From Octopus bimaculoides (lineage: Eukaryota), in the NCBI RefSeq assembly GCF_001194135.2, contig NC_068983.1:84278333-84334743 (forward strand): a stretch of DNA of 56,411 nt, written 5' to 3'. The translations under genes were made by a program, and so were the position numbers. Shown piece after piece: positions 11,065-23,559 of this stretch; positions within the stretch are counted from its first letter, which is position 1; each line of letters opens with the position of its first letter. The notes beneath the pieces are model-generated. The model did no database searches. It was not told the origin of the DNA and saw only the letters and a program-made list of their open reading frames with translations.

Positions 11065-11935
11065 TAGCAGCTAAGCCCAGTTTCACCCAGTCTGTTTAGA
11101 TGATGTGGTTGTGATGATTTATGTGTTTGTACGTAATCTGTTTCTAAGAGCTATTCTACTGGACCTCTGTCTAATCATTAAAACATTGATTTAATTATGA
11201 ACATAGAAAGAAATTAAACATTAATCCCTATTTTCGTAAGCAGTTGTATCTGTAAAAAATTTTATTTGCAGAGAGCAGAAATTGAAAGAAGATATATGAA
11301 ATGGATGTGTGTGTGTGTATATGTGTGTGTGTGTGCTTGCTTGTGCATGTGTATGTGAGAGAGAAAGAGGGTGAGAAAGAGAGATAGAGTTACGATAGTT
11401 GATTTATGGAAAAGATTATGTTAAATTTTTGAAATGCAAATATGTGAATGAAAATTAAGTTCAGACCTCTACATGGTAGCTAGAACTGGTAGAAATAGCA
11501 GCCAAATCTCCCTCAAAACACCCTACTGTCTTAATCTAACAATTCTGCCTGCTATGTAGTTTGAATGAGAAACTGTAAATAAAGATTAAGATTATTAACC
11601 CCACAAAGAGGTGAAAGAAGAGAGACAGCATAGCAAAAGTTTTGGCTAACTGTCATCCTGTATTCCCCATGTTGCTAGCGAAATGGTATGTGCTTGGTGT
11701 GTAAGCAACTGGTTGTTTTAATGGCAGAACAAACGGGGGAATTCCATTAGAAAAAGTTTTAATCGATTTTCTCGGTAACTATGGGGGCTAGGGAAAAAAA
11801 TACAAACTGCATTCGAATCTATGCACCCACTTCCACATGTGTGCCATTTTTCACACGAATCCACCCAGCCATTTGGCTGTGAACCTCAAGGCAAGAAAGA
11901 ATACGATCACCCATGTCCAATTTATATTATAGATA
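11062..11935 (+). mobile_element. Helitron-like non-autonomous element with internal (TG)n/(GA)n and a nested family E fragment (~11470-11545)
   Basis: Begins ACTAGCAGCTAAGCCCAGTTTCACCCAG and ends AATCCACCCAGCCATTTGGCTGTG...TTTATATTATAGAT, termini typical of Lep1-like Helitrons (recalled); no TIR or TSD seen. Confidence 0.6.
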
Positions 11936-12624
11936 TATNNNNNNNNNNNNNNNNNNNNNNNNNNNNNNNNNNNNNNNNNNNNNNNNNNNNNNNNNNNNNN
12001 NNNNNNNNNNNNNNNNNNNNNNNNNNNNNNNNNNNNNNNNNNNNNNNNNNNNNNNNNNNNNNNNNNNNNNNNNNNNNNNNNNNNNNNNNNNNNNNNNNNN
12101 NNNNNNNNNNNNNNNNNNNNNNNNNNNNNNNNNNNNNNNNNNNNNNNNNNNNNNNNNNNNNNNNNNNNNNNNNNNNNNNNNNNNNNNNNNNNNNNNNNNN
12201 NNNNNNNNNNNNNNNNNNNNNNNNNNNNNNNNNNNNNNNNNNNNNNNNNNNNNNNNNNNNNNNNNNNNNNNNNNNNNNNNNNNNNNNNNNNNNNNNNNNN
12301 NNNNNNNNNNNNNNNNNNNNNTATATATATATATATGTATACACTTTGTTTTTGTATTTGGTTTGCAAAATTCTTGATATGAATTCATGTGCTGAAAGAA
12401 ATCTTGTGTTTTGGGAGGGTCATTATAGCAATAATAATAAACAGATGTCCTGGTTTAATATCACTATTTATTTTTAGTCAATCAGTTAAATATTTAACCA
12501 AGTAACTAATAGACTGTTTGTTTAATGTGTTGATTAAACAATCAATCAGTTGTTTGTTTGTCAAAAAGTCCTTTCATCACAAATAGTGCACACACACACA
12601 AACATATATACATATACATATATA

Positions 12625-12760
12625 CAACAGGTTTCGTTTCAGTTTTCATCAGCCAAAGCCACACACAAGGCTTTGGTCAGCCCAGGGTTATAGTAGAAGA
12701 CACTTACCCAAGGTGCCATGCAGTGAGACTGAACCCAGAACCATGTGGTTAAGAAGTGAA
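12625..12760 (-). mobile_element. Family B SINE 5' half, head-to-head with the next copy
   Basis: CAAGGCTTTGGTCAGCCC...GAAGACACTTACCCAAGGTGCCA...GACTGAACCCAGAACCATGTGG is the reverse complement of the B head. Confidence 0.85.
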
Positions 12761-12764
12761 CTTC

Positions 12765-13675
12765 TTGTGGTTGTGTGGTAAGCTTGCTTCCCAGTTCAGT
12801 CCCACTTTGTGGCACCTTGGCCAAGTATCTTCTACTATAGCCCCAGGCCAACCAAAACCTTGTGAGTAGATTTGATAGACGGAAACTGAAAGAAGCCCAT
12901 CATACATATCTGTATATATCTATGTGTGTGTCTTTGTGTATGTGTTTGTCCCCCACCACCACTTGACAATTGGTGTTGGTTTATTTATGTCCCTATAACT
13001 TAGCAGTTCTGTAAAAGAGACTGAAAGAATAAGTACCAGGCTTAAAAAACAAAATAAGTACTGGGGTCGATTTGTTTGACTAAACCAGGGGTGGGGAAAC
13101 CCCACCCACAAGCGCAACTGCACCCGCAAGCCCATTTTATTGTGCCTGCAGGCTGTACAAAATATAGTAAATTTTTCAATTATAAAATTTATATAATATT
13201 CATATGCCTATTTGCAGCATAAGTCACATTTCTACTATGACTTAAAAGAGTTAACCTCAAACAGAAAATCATCTGGTAATTGCCATTTAAATGGAAATTT
13301 TGTTTACACAATAAAACACATATTTCTAGGTTTGTACCACCCCCTGGAAACCCAGCTACCCTGTAGCTGAAAATTATAAAATACTTCATAAGTAATATAA
13401 ACGTCCTAAATTCAGTGGTGGCATTAATAAAGATGTTATGCATTAATTTAATGTGTTAAACTTATCTTTATTAATGTGTATCAAATTATACATAGATATA
13501 TATACAAAATTTGCATGGATATAAGAGTTAGTACTTGTGAAGTGCCTGCGGACCAATTTTCTTTGGAAATTTTTGCCCACCACACTAAAAAGTTTCCTCA
13601 CCCCTGGACTAAACCCTTTAAGGTAATGCCCCAGCATGGCCACAGTCTAATGACTGCAACAAGTAAAAGTAAAAG
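12765..13675 (+). mobile_element. Family B SINE split by a hAT insertion
   Basis: Head and body 12765-13085; tail resumes at 13615 (CCTTTAAGGTAATGCCCCAGCATGGCCACAGTCTAATGACTGCAACAAGTAAAAG). Confidence 0.85.
13086..13606. mobile_element. Non-autonomous hAT transposon, 521 bp
   Basis: TIRs CAGGGGTGGGGAAAC / GTTTCCTCACCCCTG (14 of 15 match); perfect 8-bp TSD GACTAAAC at 13078-13085 and 13607-13614. Confidence 0.93.
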
Positions 13676-13684
13676 AAAAAATAT

Positions 13685-14150
13685 GTATCATCATCGTTTA
13701 ACGTCTGCTTTCCATGCTAGCATGGGTTGGACGGTTTGACTGGGGACTGGTGAACCAGATAGCTGCACCAGGCTCCAATCTGATCTGGCAGAGTTTCTAC
13801 AGCTAGATGCCCTTCCTAATGCCAACCACTCCGAGGGTGTAGTGGGTGCTTTTACGTGCCACCGGCACGAGGGCCAGTCAGGCGGTACTGGCAACGGCCA
13901 CGCTCAAATGGTGTTTTTACGTGTCACCTGCACAGGAGCCAGTCAAGCGGGACTGGCAATGCCCTCGCTCAAATGTTGTTTTTCACAGACCACCAGCACA
14001 AGTGTCAGTAAGGCAACGCTGGTAACGATCACGCTCAAATGGTGCTCTTTACGTGCCACTGGCATGGGGCTAGTCAGCGACCCTGGCAACAATCACGCTC
14101 AGATGGTGCTCTTAGCGCTCCACTAGCACAGATGTCAGTCATGTGGTGCT
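13685..14150 (-). mobile_element. Family C module with ~55-65-bp internal tandem subrepeats
   Basis: Module as at 7900; unit GTGCCACCGGCACGAGGGCCAGTCAGGCGGTACTGGCAACGGCCACGCTCAAATGGTG recurs 4-5 times with divergence. Confidence 0.85.
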
Positions 14151-14334
14151 GTCATCGAATTTGATTTCGATTTGTATATATATATATATTTATACCTTTT
14201 ACTTGCGGAGAACTGCCTTATTCTATTTTTTGCCAGACCAGTAAGTTATAGAGACATAAACAAACCAACACCAGTTGCCAAGCAGTATGGTGGGGGCAAA
14301 CACAAACATACACATATATATGTATCAAAATCAT

Positions 14335-14715
14335 AATTTAACATCTTCCTTCCATGCAGGCATGGGTTGTAAAGTTTTACAGGAACTGGCAAGTTAGAAG
14401 ACTGTGCCAAGCTTCAATGTCTGCTTTGGCATGGTTTCTGTAGCTGGATGTGCTTCTTAATGCTGACAACTTTACAGAATGTACTGGGTGCTGTTTTACT
14501 TGGAGCCAAGTAACTTACAAGACAAGACCCCCACCCCACCTCAACTGATAAAGGAGTAGTATTAAGAGAGGTTGGTTTGTGCCAGGTGATGAGAAGTGAG
14601 AGTGTGAATAGAACAGAAAGAGGTGCCTTGCAGTAGAGGAGATACATGGCTACTTCAGCTGGAGAGAGAAAGTGAGTTAAAGGAGAGAAGATTGTGAAGA
14701 TGTGATAGGGATTCT
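14335..14715 (-). mobile_element. 5'-truncated RTE LINE 3' UTR ending in the family C module
   Basis: Reverse complement shares CCATGTATCTCCTCTAC, CTCATCACCTGGCACAAA and GGTCTTGTCTT..AAGTTACTTG with 17575-17735. Confidence 0.8.
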
Positions 14716-15283
14716 CAATATATACAATATATTTAATATATATATATATATGTATTACATGTGTGTGTGTGTGTGCATATGCTTCCTGAGATTTGCCAAC
14801 ACTACACCTGATTTTCTCCCCTCCATACACACGCAGGCATGTATCTGACTCATACACTGTTCACTTTCCAGGCATTTGTACATTACTGCATCTGCTTTAT
14901 ATGCACTTTTGACAAGTTGTAGTGCACCAGAGCACTGTATACAATAATTTCAATATTATTATATGTATATATGTGTGTGTGTGTTCATGTGCATGTTAGT
15001 GAGTTTCCTTGTGTACACGTTTGTTCATTGATTGTAAACAATAGCATCACCAACAGTAGTATTTGCATGCAGTCAACCATCTAAGTCCCCAGCATCTTGA
15101 CATGTGTGCATGATCTTTATGAACAAAAGGCTCATTCATTCAGTGTTGTCTATTTCTATTTCTCCTCATATGTCTGGGCTCAAAAGGTAATAAACTAGCT
15201 GTTGAAAATGCTGCACCAACATACCCTTGTCTAACCCATGCAAGCATGGAAAAGTAGTCACTGAAACAATGATATATGTAAAT

Positions 15284-15314
<31 letters not shown>

Positions 15315-15329
15315 GATTATGATTATTAT

Positions 15330-16053
15330 TAAGGAGGGGAGCTGGCAGAATCATTAGCCCGTTGGATGAAATGCTTAGCGGTATTTCATCTGTCTTCAAG
15401 TTCTGAGTTCAAATGCCACTGGGGTCGACTTTGCCTTTCATCCTTTCAGGGTTGGTAAAATAAGTATCAGTTGAGCACTGGGGTCAATGTAATCAATTTA
15501 CTCCCTCCGCCAAAATTTCAGGCCTTGTGCCTATAGTAGAAAGGATTATTATTATTATCATTATTAAGGCAGCGAGCTGGTAGAATCATTAGCACACTGG
15601 ATGAAATGCTTAGCAGTATTTCACCCATCACTACATCCTGAGTTCAAATTCCGCCAAGATCGACTTTGCCTTTCATCCTTTCAGGATCGATAAATTAAGT
15701 ACCAGTGAAACACTGGGGGGGGGGGGGTCGATGTAATCAACTCATCCCCCTCCCCAAAAATGGCTGCCCTTGTGGCAAAATTTGAAACCATTATTATTAC
15801 CATTATTATTAAGGTGATGAGCTGGCAGAATCGTTAGCACGCTGGATGAAATGCTTAGTGGTATTTTGCCCGTCGCTACATTTTGAGTTCAAATTCTGCC
15901 AAAGTCAACTTTGCCTTTCATCCTTACGGGGTCAATAAATTAAGTACCAGTGAAACACTGGGGTTGATGTAATCAACTATTTCCCTTCCCTAAAATTCCA
16001 GGCCTTGTGCCTATAGTAGAAAGGATTATTACTATTATTAATATTATTATTAC

Positions 16054-16108
<55 letters not shown>
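15330..16108 (+). mobile_element. Head-to-tail array of three family D SINEs spaced by (ATT)n
   Basis: Units at ~15330, 15565 and 15811, same structure as the 4255-5595 array. Confidence 0.92.
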
Positions 16109-16109
<1 letters not shown>

Positions 16110-16169
16110 GGCAGAAGATGTAAAGTGATTCAAGAGTTGTGAGTTTCATGTATAGACACTTTTCAGACT

Positions 16170-17925
16170 TATATAATACTCAATAAATATGTGCAGAAAA
16201 TAGATTTCCTCAAATGCCCAGGAGTATCCTTAGAGATAGCAGATAATTTCTGTTACCTAGTAATCTAATTAGCAGTGGAAAAGGATGCTCCAAAATTGTT
16301 ATCACTACAATAAAAACTGGAGAAAATTCTGAGTTATTTCCTCCATTTATAACAAAAGGCCTTTCTCTCAGAGTGAAAGGCAGATTGTATGGCGCTTGTG
16401 CATGAACAACAATACTACAGGGCAGTGAAATGTGGCTATGAAGGCAGAGGACATGTGAAGGTTAGAAAGAAAAACCAGCATGTCCCACTGGATGTGCAAC
16501 ACCAGTATGCATATACAACAAAGTGCAAATGTATTCAGAGAAAAATTGAGCATGAAGGACATGAGATGTATGCAAGAGAGAAAACTACATTGGTACGGTC
16601 ATGTGATGTGTATGGATAAGGAGAGCTACATAAAGAAGTACCAATTACTAAATATGGATGGAACCTGTGAAAGAGGAAGACCTTGGAAGGCAATGGGATG
16701 AAGTAGTGAACACTAACCTCCAAATATGAAGCCTCACAGGAGATGACAAAGGACTGCAATGATTGGTGATTTGCTTTGCTCAAGAAGACCCAATCATCTA
16801 CACAAAAGGGAGTCCCTAAAAGCATATCATTTACGTGCCTGGCACTCAAACTGTACCTGACATATTTCTCCCCGACAACTGATCTTCCTAACACTTAGGT
16901 CTCCATCATTCTTTTGACTACATTACTATCCACTCAGCTGCTGTAATTACAAGAGCAGAACTACACATATTTCATCTCCTTACTACTTACATTCCTTGGA
17001 ACCACTTCTTTTGTCTCCTTACTATTCCCATTCCTTGGAACCACTTCTTTTGTCTCCTACCTTCTCAGTATCATTCCTTACCACCTTGGTTTCCACTGGA
17101 TACCACTTTCACCAACCCCTTTCCCCTGTACACCATTTCATTTTGTCTACGACAGCCTCTCTCACCTCCATTCCCCACTCCTACTCTGTTTATTTGACTA
17201 TTTCCATCCCTACATACCTCTAACCTTGTCCCTAGCACTGTACGTCCCTCTCACACCCCATCCCACACACTTTACATCATCTGTTCTGTCATCTCCACCC
17301 ATTCCTACTTCCTCCATCTTCCCTCACCAAAAAAATAAACTGATATTCATGATTGACTGCATCTCCCACCCATGTTCACTATTCACTGCATTCACTTCTA
17401 TCTCCGTATCTAAACACCTGCCATTCTCTTTCCACACTCTTGCCAACTTACATATCCACTCACCCTGTCCAATCTTCTGTATCGCTACTCTTATATTCAC
17501 CTCTTATATTCCTTGTAACTTGAATGTACACCCTGACACATCTTCACCACTACCTTCTCTTTACTAACTGGGATAACCATGTATCTCCTCTACAGCAAGA
17601 CACTTGTTCTTATCCTTCAATCATACTTTAACCTCTCATCACCTGGCACAAAGCCACATCCCTCAATACTACATGCATCCTCTCACCCATCCCCCATCTC
17701 AATTGAGATGGTCTTGTCTTACAAGTTACTTGATAATCTCACTAGTGCCAGTGCCATGTAAAAAGCACCCTGAACACTTTGTAAAGTAGTTGGCATCAGA
17801 AATTATACTAAAGCAATATTGAAGAGTGATGCAAGCCTCTGACTCAGTGGCTCCTGTCAAACAGTCCAACATAAGCCAGCATGGAAAACAGACTTTAAAT
17901 AGTGATGACAATGATGATGACTCAA
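16170..17925 (+). mobile_element. Decayed RTE-clade LINE: ORF C-terminus, CT-rich 3' UTR and family C terminus
   Basis: Translation gives KGLSLRVKGRLY, GSEMW, WMCN, ERKLHWYGHVM and ERGRPWK, the C-terminal signature of RTE/BovB-like ORFs; followed by ~900 bp pyrimidine-rich DNA and a (GAT)-like tail. Confidence 0.88.
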
Positions 17926-17934
17926 TAGTACAAG

Positions 17935-18085
17935 CATGGTAATGTGACAACCTTCGCAACTGTATGATTCTGGGTTCAGTCACACTATATGGCACTTTGG
18001 ACAAGTGTCTTCTACTATAGCCTCAATATGACCAATCCTTGTAAAAGAAATTAATACACAGAAACAGAGAAGCTCACTGTATGCA
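17935..18085 (+). mobile_element. Family B SINE 5' half followed by (TG)n (18103-18230)
   Basis: GGGTTCAGTCACACTATATGGCACTTTGGACAAGTGTCTTCTACTATAGCC. Confidence 0.75.
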
Positions 18086-18102
18086 TGTAGGTGCTTATTT
18101 TA

Positions 18103-18198
<96 letters not shown>

Positions 18199-18479
18199 AT
18201 GCGTGCGTGTGTGCGTGTGTGTGTGTGTACATATGGATGAAGGTCATTCCATATGATCTTAAGCACTCTAAATAAAAAAAGTGTTTTTGATTACAACTTC
18301 CAGTAAGCAAAACATCCCATAATTTCAGCTTTCAATATGCCAGGACCAATGGAATGAAATAATAACTTACTAGGGAAATAGGTGAAATTTAGTAAGAGGA
18401 AGAGCATCAAACTGTAGAAAATTTGTCACAAAAGTCACGTCTAGCCTATACCAGCGTATAAGTATATATAAGTGTATTA

Positions 18480-18520
<41 letters not shown>

Positions 18521-18573
18521 TACACACACACCTATACAAATATATGTGCATGTGTGTTTACTTCTTGAATCAC

Positions 18574-18635
18574 CTGCATAAATGTGTGTTGTTGTTCCTG
18601 CCAACAAATCATCAGAGCATTTTCTGCCTGCAAAG
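18574..18635 (-). CDS. Candidate 62-nt exon (LQAENALMICWQEQQHTFMQ); alternative acceptor gives 54 nt (18574-18627)
   Basis: Acceptors TCATTCTACACAG| or CTTTGCAG|, donor CAG|GTGATT; open frame ends in phase 0, matching 7322-7349. Confidence 0.38.
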
Positions 18636-18755
18636 CTGTGTAGAATGAGTGAATACATGCTTCAAAAACAAGTAATAGTTAGCATAAGAAAGAGCAACCA
18701 GCTGTCAAACAATACCTTAAATAATATATTTGTTATTCACCCAACCCATGCAAGC

Positions 18756-18804
<49 letters not shown>

Positions 18805-19582
18805 CACACATGCATATGTCTATTAATGTATGCATGTATATATGTACATATATTTTTTGCAGTCTTCATTAATGTCAAACGAAGGAGGCAGCTTTCAAGT
18901 AGGCGCTCTATACATATTAAGAAATTAAAACTATACAATTTTATTAGACATACTACATTACAGCTGTTTCAATCAAACATAACAAAATTGCTCAGTTGAA
19001 ACAAGTAATCTGGCATCTCTAATATGTGTTTATGTGTGTAATAACTAAAATACTAGCTCCTACACACTGGGTTCACAAAGTACACACTAACTAAAAACAC
19101 ACACACACAAACGTCAGCACAACAGACCCATACATATTAATCCATAAATACTAACACAAAAACACACACAGATACACCTTAATAGCACATAAGTACACAC
19201 ACAATTTATTCAAATGATCTGCAAACTTCATAGTCACCTCCTCTAAACACATACTCATATACCTGAACACTACACAGATATATACACAAGCACACATGCA
19301 TAATTTACACAGTTTCATCTCCTGTTGCTTTTGTATGTATTCATTCTCTCTCACTTTATCTTTCACCTCTATCATTTTTAATATAACATTGCTAATTGAC
19401 TCCAGTTTTTATAATTCCTTCCTCTACACTATTTCCTTCTAATAAATACCGAACTTTCTTAAAAAAAAAAAAAAAACCTTCAGCTCAAAATGTCAAAGAC
19501 ACTTCTTTCTTAATTTTTCATTGAACATCAAACTAATAAATAATCACATTTTCTTTTCCACTTCTGAGAGAGAGAGGGGGGG

Positions 19583-19624
<42 letters not shown>

Positions 19625-19648
19625 AAGAGAGAGAGAGTGTGTGTGTGT

Positions 19649-19684
<36 letters not shown>

Positions 19685-20132
19685 ATGAGTGCATATATAT
19701 ACTGTATTTTAACGTGTTTAAGGAACCCCTTTTTTGTCAAAAGTTAGGTTAAAAAAATATGGCAGTTTCTTATATATGGATAGTATTATAATCCTTTACA
19801 AAACTATTTTTTCCAAATTTTAAGCCCCAAAAATTAGGGGGTTCCTTATACACATTAAAATACAGTGTGTGTGTGTGTGTGCGCGCAAGCATATATACTA
19901 GCCCAATGAGGTTAACAGGCTGAAACTTCATAGTTAATCACACCTCATCATCATCATTGTTTATCATCCATTGTTGGACGTTTTGACATGGAGCTGGCTA
20001 GCTGGGAGCTGTCCAGGCTCCTCTTGTTAAAATTTTATAAACATGTACTCCACTAAAAAGTATTGAATAATTATTCAGTTTAATGTTAAAATGTTTTTTT
20101 ATAAATAACCTGACATAAAAACAAACATTAAT

Positions 20133-20166
<34 letters not shown>

Positions 20167-20303
20167 CCATTTAGTGTTGACTGTCAGAAGAAAGAGTACT
20201 CAATACTGTTGAGGAGATTATTATTATATTTCGGTCAACTCAGTCCCTTGCTACTTTGGAGTTTCACCAGTATACACGTATGTATATATATACATATATG
20301 TAC

Positions 20304-20336
<33 letters not shown>

Positions 20337-20374
20337 ACTCTCTCTCTTTGTGCGTGCACGCACCATCATAACCA

Positions 20375-22265
20375 TTATCATCATCAATTTGAGTCTACTT
20401 TCCATGCCGGCATGGGTTAGGTGGTCCAACAGGATGTTGCATGTTGGAGAACCATGTTTTGCTGACATCTCAATTTTGTCATGGTTATCCTTCCTAATAC
20501 CAACCACTCCACAGAGTACAGTGCATCTTTGAAATGCTGTCATGCCTTTGGCAAGACAAAATAGTCCTCTCAGCATATATTGTCACTTCTTGATTTGCCA
20601 GCCATACTGTACTGGGTGCAAAGCTGTTAAAGAGGTGGGGAGGGACATTTAGTAATAACTAAGAGTGAGAAGAGGAGAGAGGTTGAGAACTTTGGGCAGG
20701 GTGTGAAGAAGCTAAAGAATGATGGAATGAACATGTTTATTGTTGTAAGACAGTGGTAAGAGAGAGACTAGCAATTACAGGGTTAGGGAAGCTAGTAATA
20801 GGAGGGAAAGAGGAAAGAGTAGTGCCAGTGGTTAGAGAGAGTCAGAGAGTGACAAGGATGGAGGAATGTAGGAAGAGATTCAGTATTATTCCACATTATA
20901 TAAATGGCTGGATGGAGTGTGCATGGAAGAGATAAAGATTATGGTGACAAGGAGCTAGAGCATACCCACAAAAATAACATATCCAAAGTGAATAGAAAAG
21001 GAACAGAAGGATCAGGAAGGATGGGTAAATGTTGGAAAAAATGTAAACCCTCTTAACAAAAGCATCATGATTCAGGAGAACAGAAGGAAGAGGGATAACA
21101 AGCTATGGGTAGTGGAGATGGGGGGAGGGGATATTCAGCAGTATGCAGTGATTAAGTGCATTCCTCTCAACTATGGGTGGCATGGTATGGTATGGTTTTA
21201 AAAAGAAAAGAGATCTTGTGGGAACAAGAGGGTATAGAACAGGTATAGTAGTTAGGAAAAGAGGTATTGGGAAGATATGAAGGTACAGAATAGGCAAGAA
21301 GGATGTATACTTGTACACTACCCAACTATACGCAACTATTTTAACAAGCATATTACCAAGCTTGCACAGGAGATTGGGTCTTCTGCAGCACTGCTAGTCA
21401 TCATGGTTCTGTGTCACCTCCAGATGTAGTATCTTGAGATTGTATCTGACTACTTCATCCCAAATTTTCCTCAGTTTACAAGTACTATTCACTTTCAGTG
21501 CTCAATACTTTGTTTAACTGTCAACTGCCATTCACATCATGTAGCCATACGATTACAGTCTCCTCTCTTGCATGCTACATCTGATTCTGCTTATACCCAA
21601 TTTGCCTCACAGTTCATTTATACTTCATTGTTCATGCACATTAATATAGAACATGCAACAAAGTATGCTTGCTGGCCCACAACTCACTGTCATGCAGCAA
21701 CACACTTTGCACACAAGTAGTATACAATCTGCCCTTGATCTGAAGAAGTTCATTAGTGGTCAGAAGTAACAGCTCCCCAAAATTTCTCCAACCCATTCTT
21801 ATTCAAGCTACTTCACTTAGAAATACCTACTCAACTGCAGATTAGATCGCTTAGGTAATAAAATTCATCAGCTACTTCTAGGTAGCTGCCCAGGAAATTG
21901 AGAGAACCTATTTCCCAAGGGCTGTTAATGTTTATTACCCTAGTGCACCAGCCATATATAAAATGTATCTTTTCTGCTAGCCTGCCTATGATCCCACGAC
22001 ACCTTCTATGTGTCCATAATTTATACTGAGTAGATTTTAAGGAGTTGCCAAGGGCAGCTAGTCTTAAATTTCTCTGTTATGGGTTAGATGGCTGGAATGA
22101 AAAAAAATTTGAAGACTAATCCCTAATAAATCCCTACCTGCAAACTGAATTCATAGCTGACTGAACTCTGTACATAGCTTACACAGCTCTAATAAGCCAT
22201 TCAGAGTTTTCTTAATGAACACCAAATCAGAGAGTGGAGAACTTTAACACAGGCCCCACCAGGTA
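20375..22265 (-). mobile_element. Decayed RTE LINE: RT domain to 3' end
   Basis: Minus-strand translation gives SLIW..LRKL, AMYR, QVG, TEKFKTSCPWQLL and WRNFGELL...IKGRLY; then a purine-rich (plus-strand) UTR 20580-21340 and the family C module 20380-20570. Confidence 0.8.
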
Positions 22266-22414
22266 TAAGGCCCCTCTAGGTATAAGGGATTACTCCTAGC
22301 TATGTATTTTTCTTGCAGGTGTCTCACTAGGAATATGGCATCCATAATACTTTTTGGGACAAAGCTCAACTGTATCATCATCCTATTCAGTTTTGCAATA
22401 ATTCTTTCTGCAAT

Positions 22415-22810
22415 CTTCCTATAATGGACATTATGCCCGTCTGTCTGTCTGTTCCCTCTTCACGGTCAAATGGCTGGACGAATGGTCACAATATTTTTCG
22501 AGATCATGAAGGAGGTAATCAGGAAGGTTTTTAGCCACAAAAATGTGAAAAAGTATGATTATTTAGTGGATATTGAGAGTAATTGTTCAGTTTATGGGTG
22601 TAAAAAAAGTAAATAAAAATTAAGGGGGAGAGAACTAAGAAAAGAAGCAAAGAGAAGTAAGTCAACTTCTTACTATAATGGGCATTATGTCCATCTTTTC
22701 CCTTTTCCTGGTCAAACGGCTGGACGAATAGTCATGATGTTTTTGGGGATTACAAAATAGGTAATCAGGAAAAAATGTGAAAAAGTATGATTATTTAGTG
22801 TATATTGAGT
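22415..22810 (-). mobile_element. Two tandem diverged Helitron-like terminal units
   Basis: CTATAATGG.CATTATG.CC.TCT...GGTCAAA.GGCTGGACGAAT.GTCA...AAAAATGTGAAAAAGTATGATTATTTAGTG.ATATTGAG at ~22415 and ~22670; reverse complement resembles the end of 11062-11935. Confidence 0.55.
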
Positions 22811-23559
22811 TTTGTATTAATAAATCACCTTTGATTTTTCTATTTTTTGTTAAAATTCCGGTGAGTGGATTAACTCTGGACACCACCACCCCCATATAGT
22901 TCGTGAATTTAGAGGGTTTAGATTTGCAATACTATTCCTCTATTTCCCATCATAGATGAGCAGATTCCCAAAGATACCACTCTGTGCATTCACAGCAAAG
23001 CACCGGGCCAGGCTTTATATAATTATTGCAAGACCCAACAAAGAGAGAGACATACTGTTATCCAAACAATGGGTATTTTGGGAGGTCTATTGTTCTGTCA
23101 ATTTAACTCTCCACCACATACAAAATGGTTAGCAGAGGTCAAGTGGCAAAGACATAAATCAGCTTAGGGAAGACATCTGTTGAATGTCACTCTTGTCAAC
23201 TTAATGTTTTTCTAAGGGAAAAGTTCGTTGTACTGTTAAGTGAAATTTGGAAATCGAGGATCGAATCCACGCCATGCCTGCATGAAGCCACTACCAATTC
23301 ATAATTTAAATAAGGAAATTTGTGAACTTTAAATGTATAAGAGCATAATCAAGTGTAAAATAGTGTAAACAACTAAAATAAAAGTATATCTAAATAACAT
23401 TTTTTTCTTAATGTAGTGGTCAAAGGAAGGTCTGGCTTTCGATAACCATTTATGATACAGAGGCTGGGAGCCCATATCAGTTCAGGAGTGAACCGTCATC
23501 ATGTTACTTAGTCACAAATACATGTCATATGGCTGCAATAGAATGCTGTATCACCAACA

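Noticed and set aside
19895-19935. CCCAATGAG...GCTGAAAC as a hammerhead; likewise 19470-19510 and 33625-33650
   Set aside because: The core or GAAA is missing and stems do not pair convincingly.
22930-23300. QIPKDTTLCIHSKAPGQAL as a Helitron helicase motif
   Set aside because: Only a short partial match, on the opposite strand to the adjacent Helitron-like ends.
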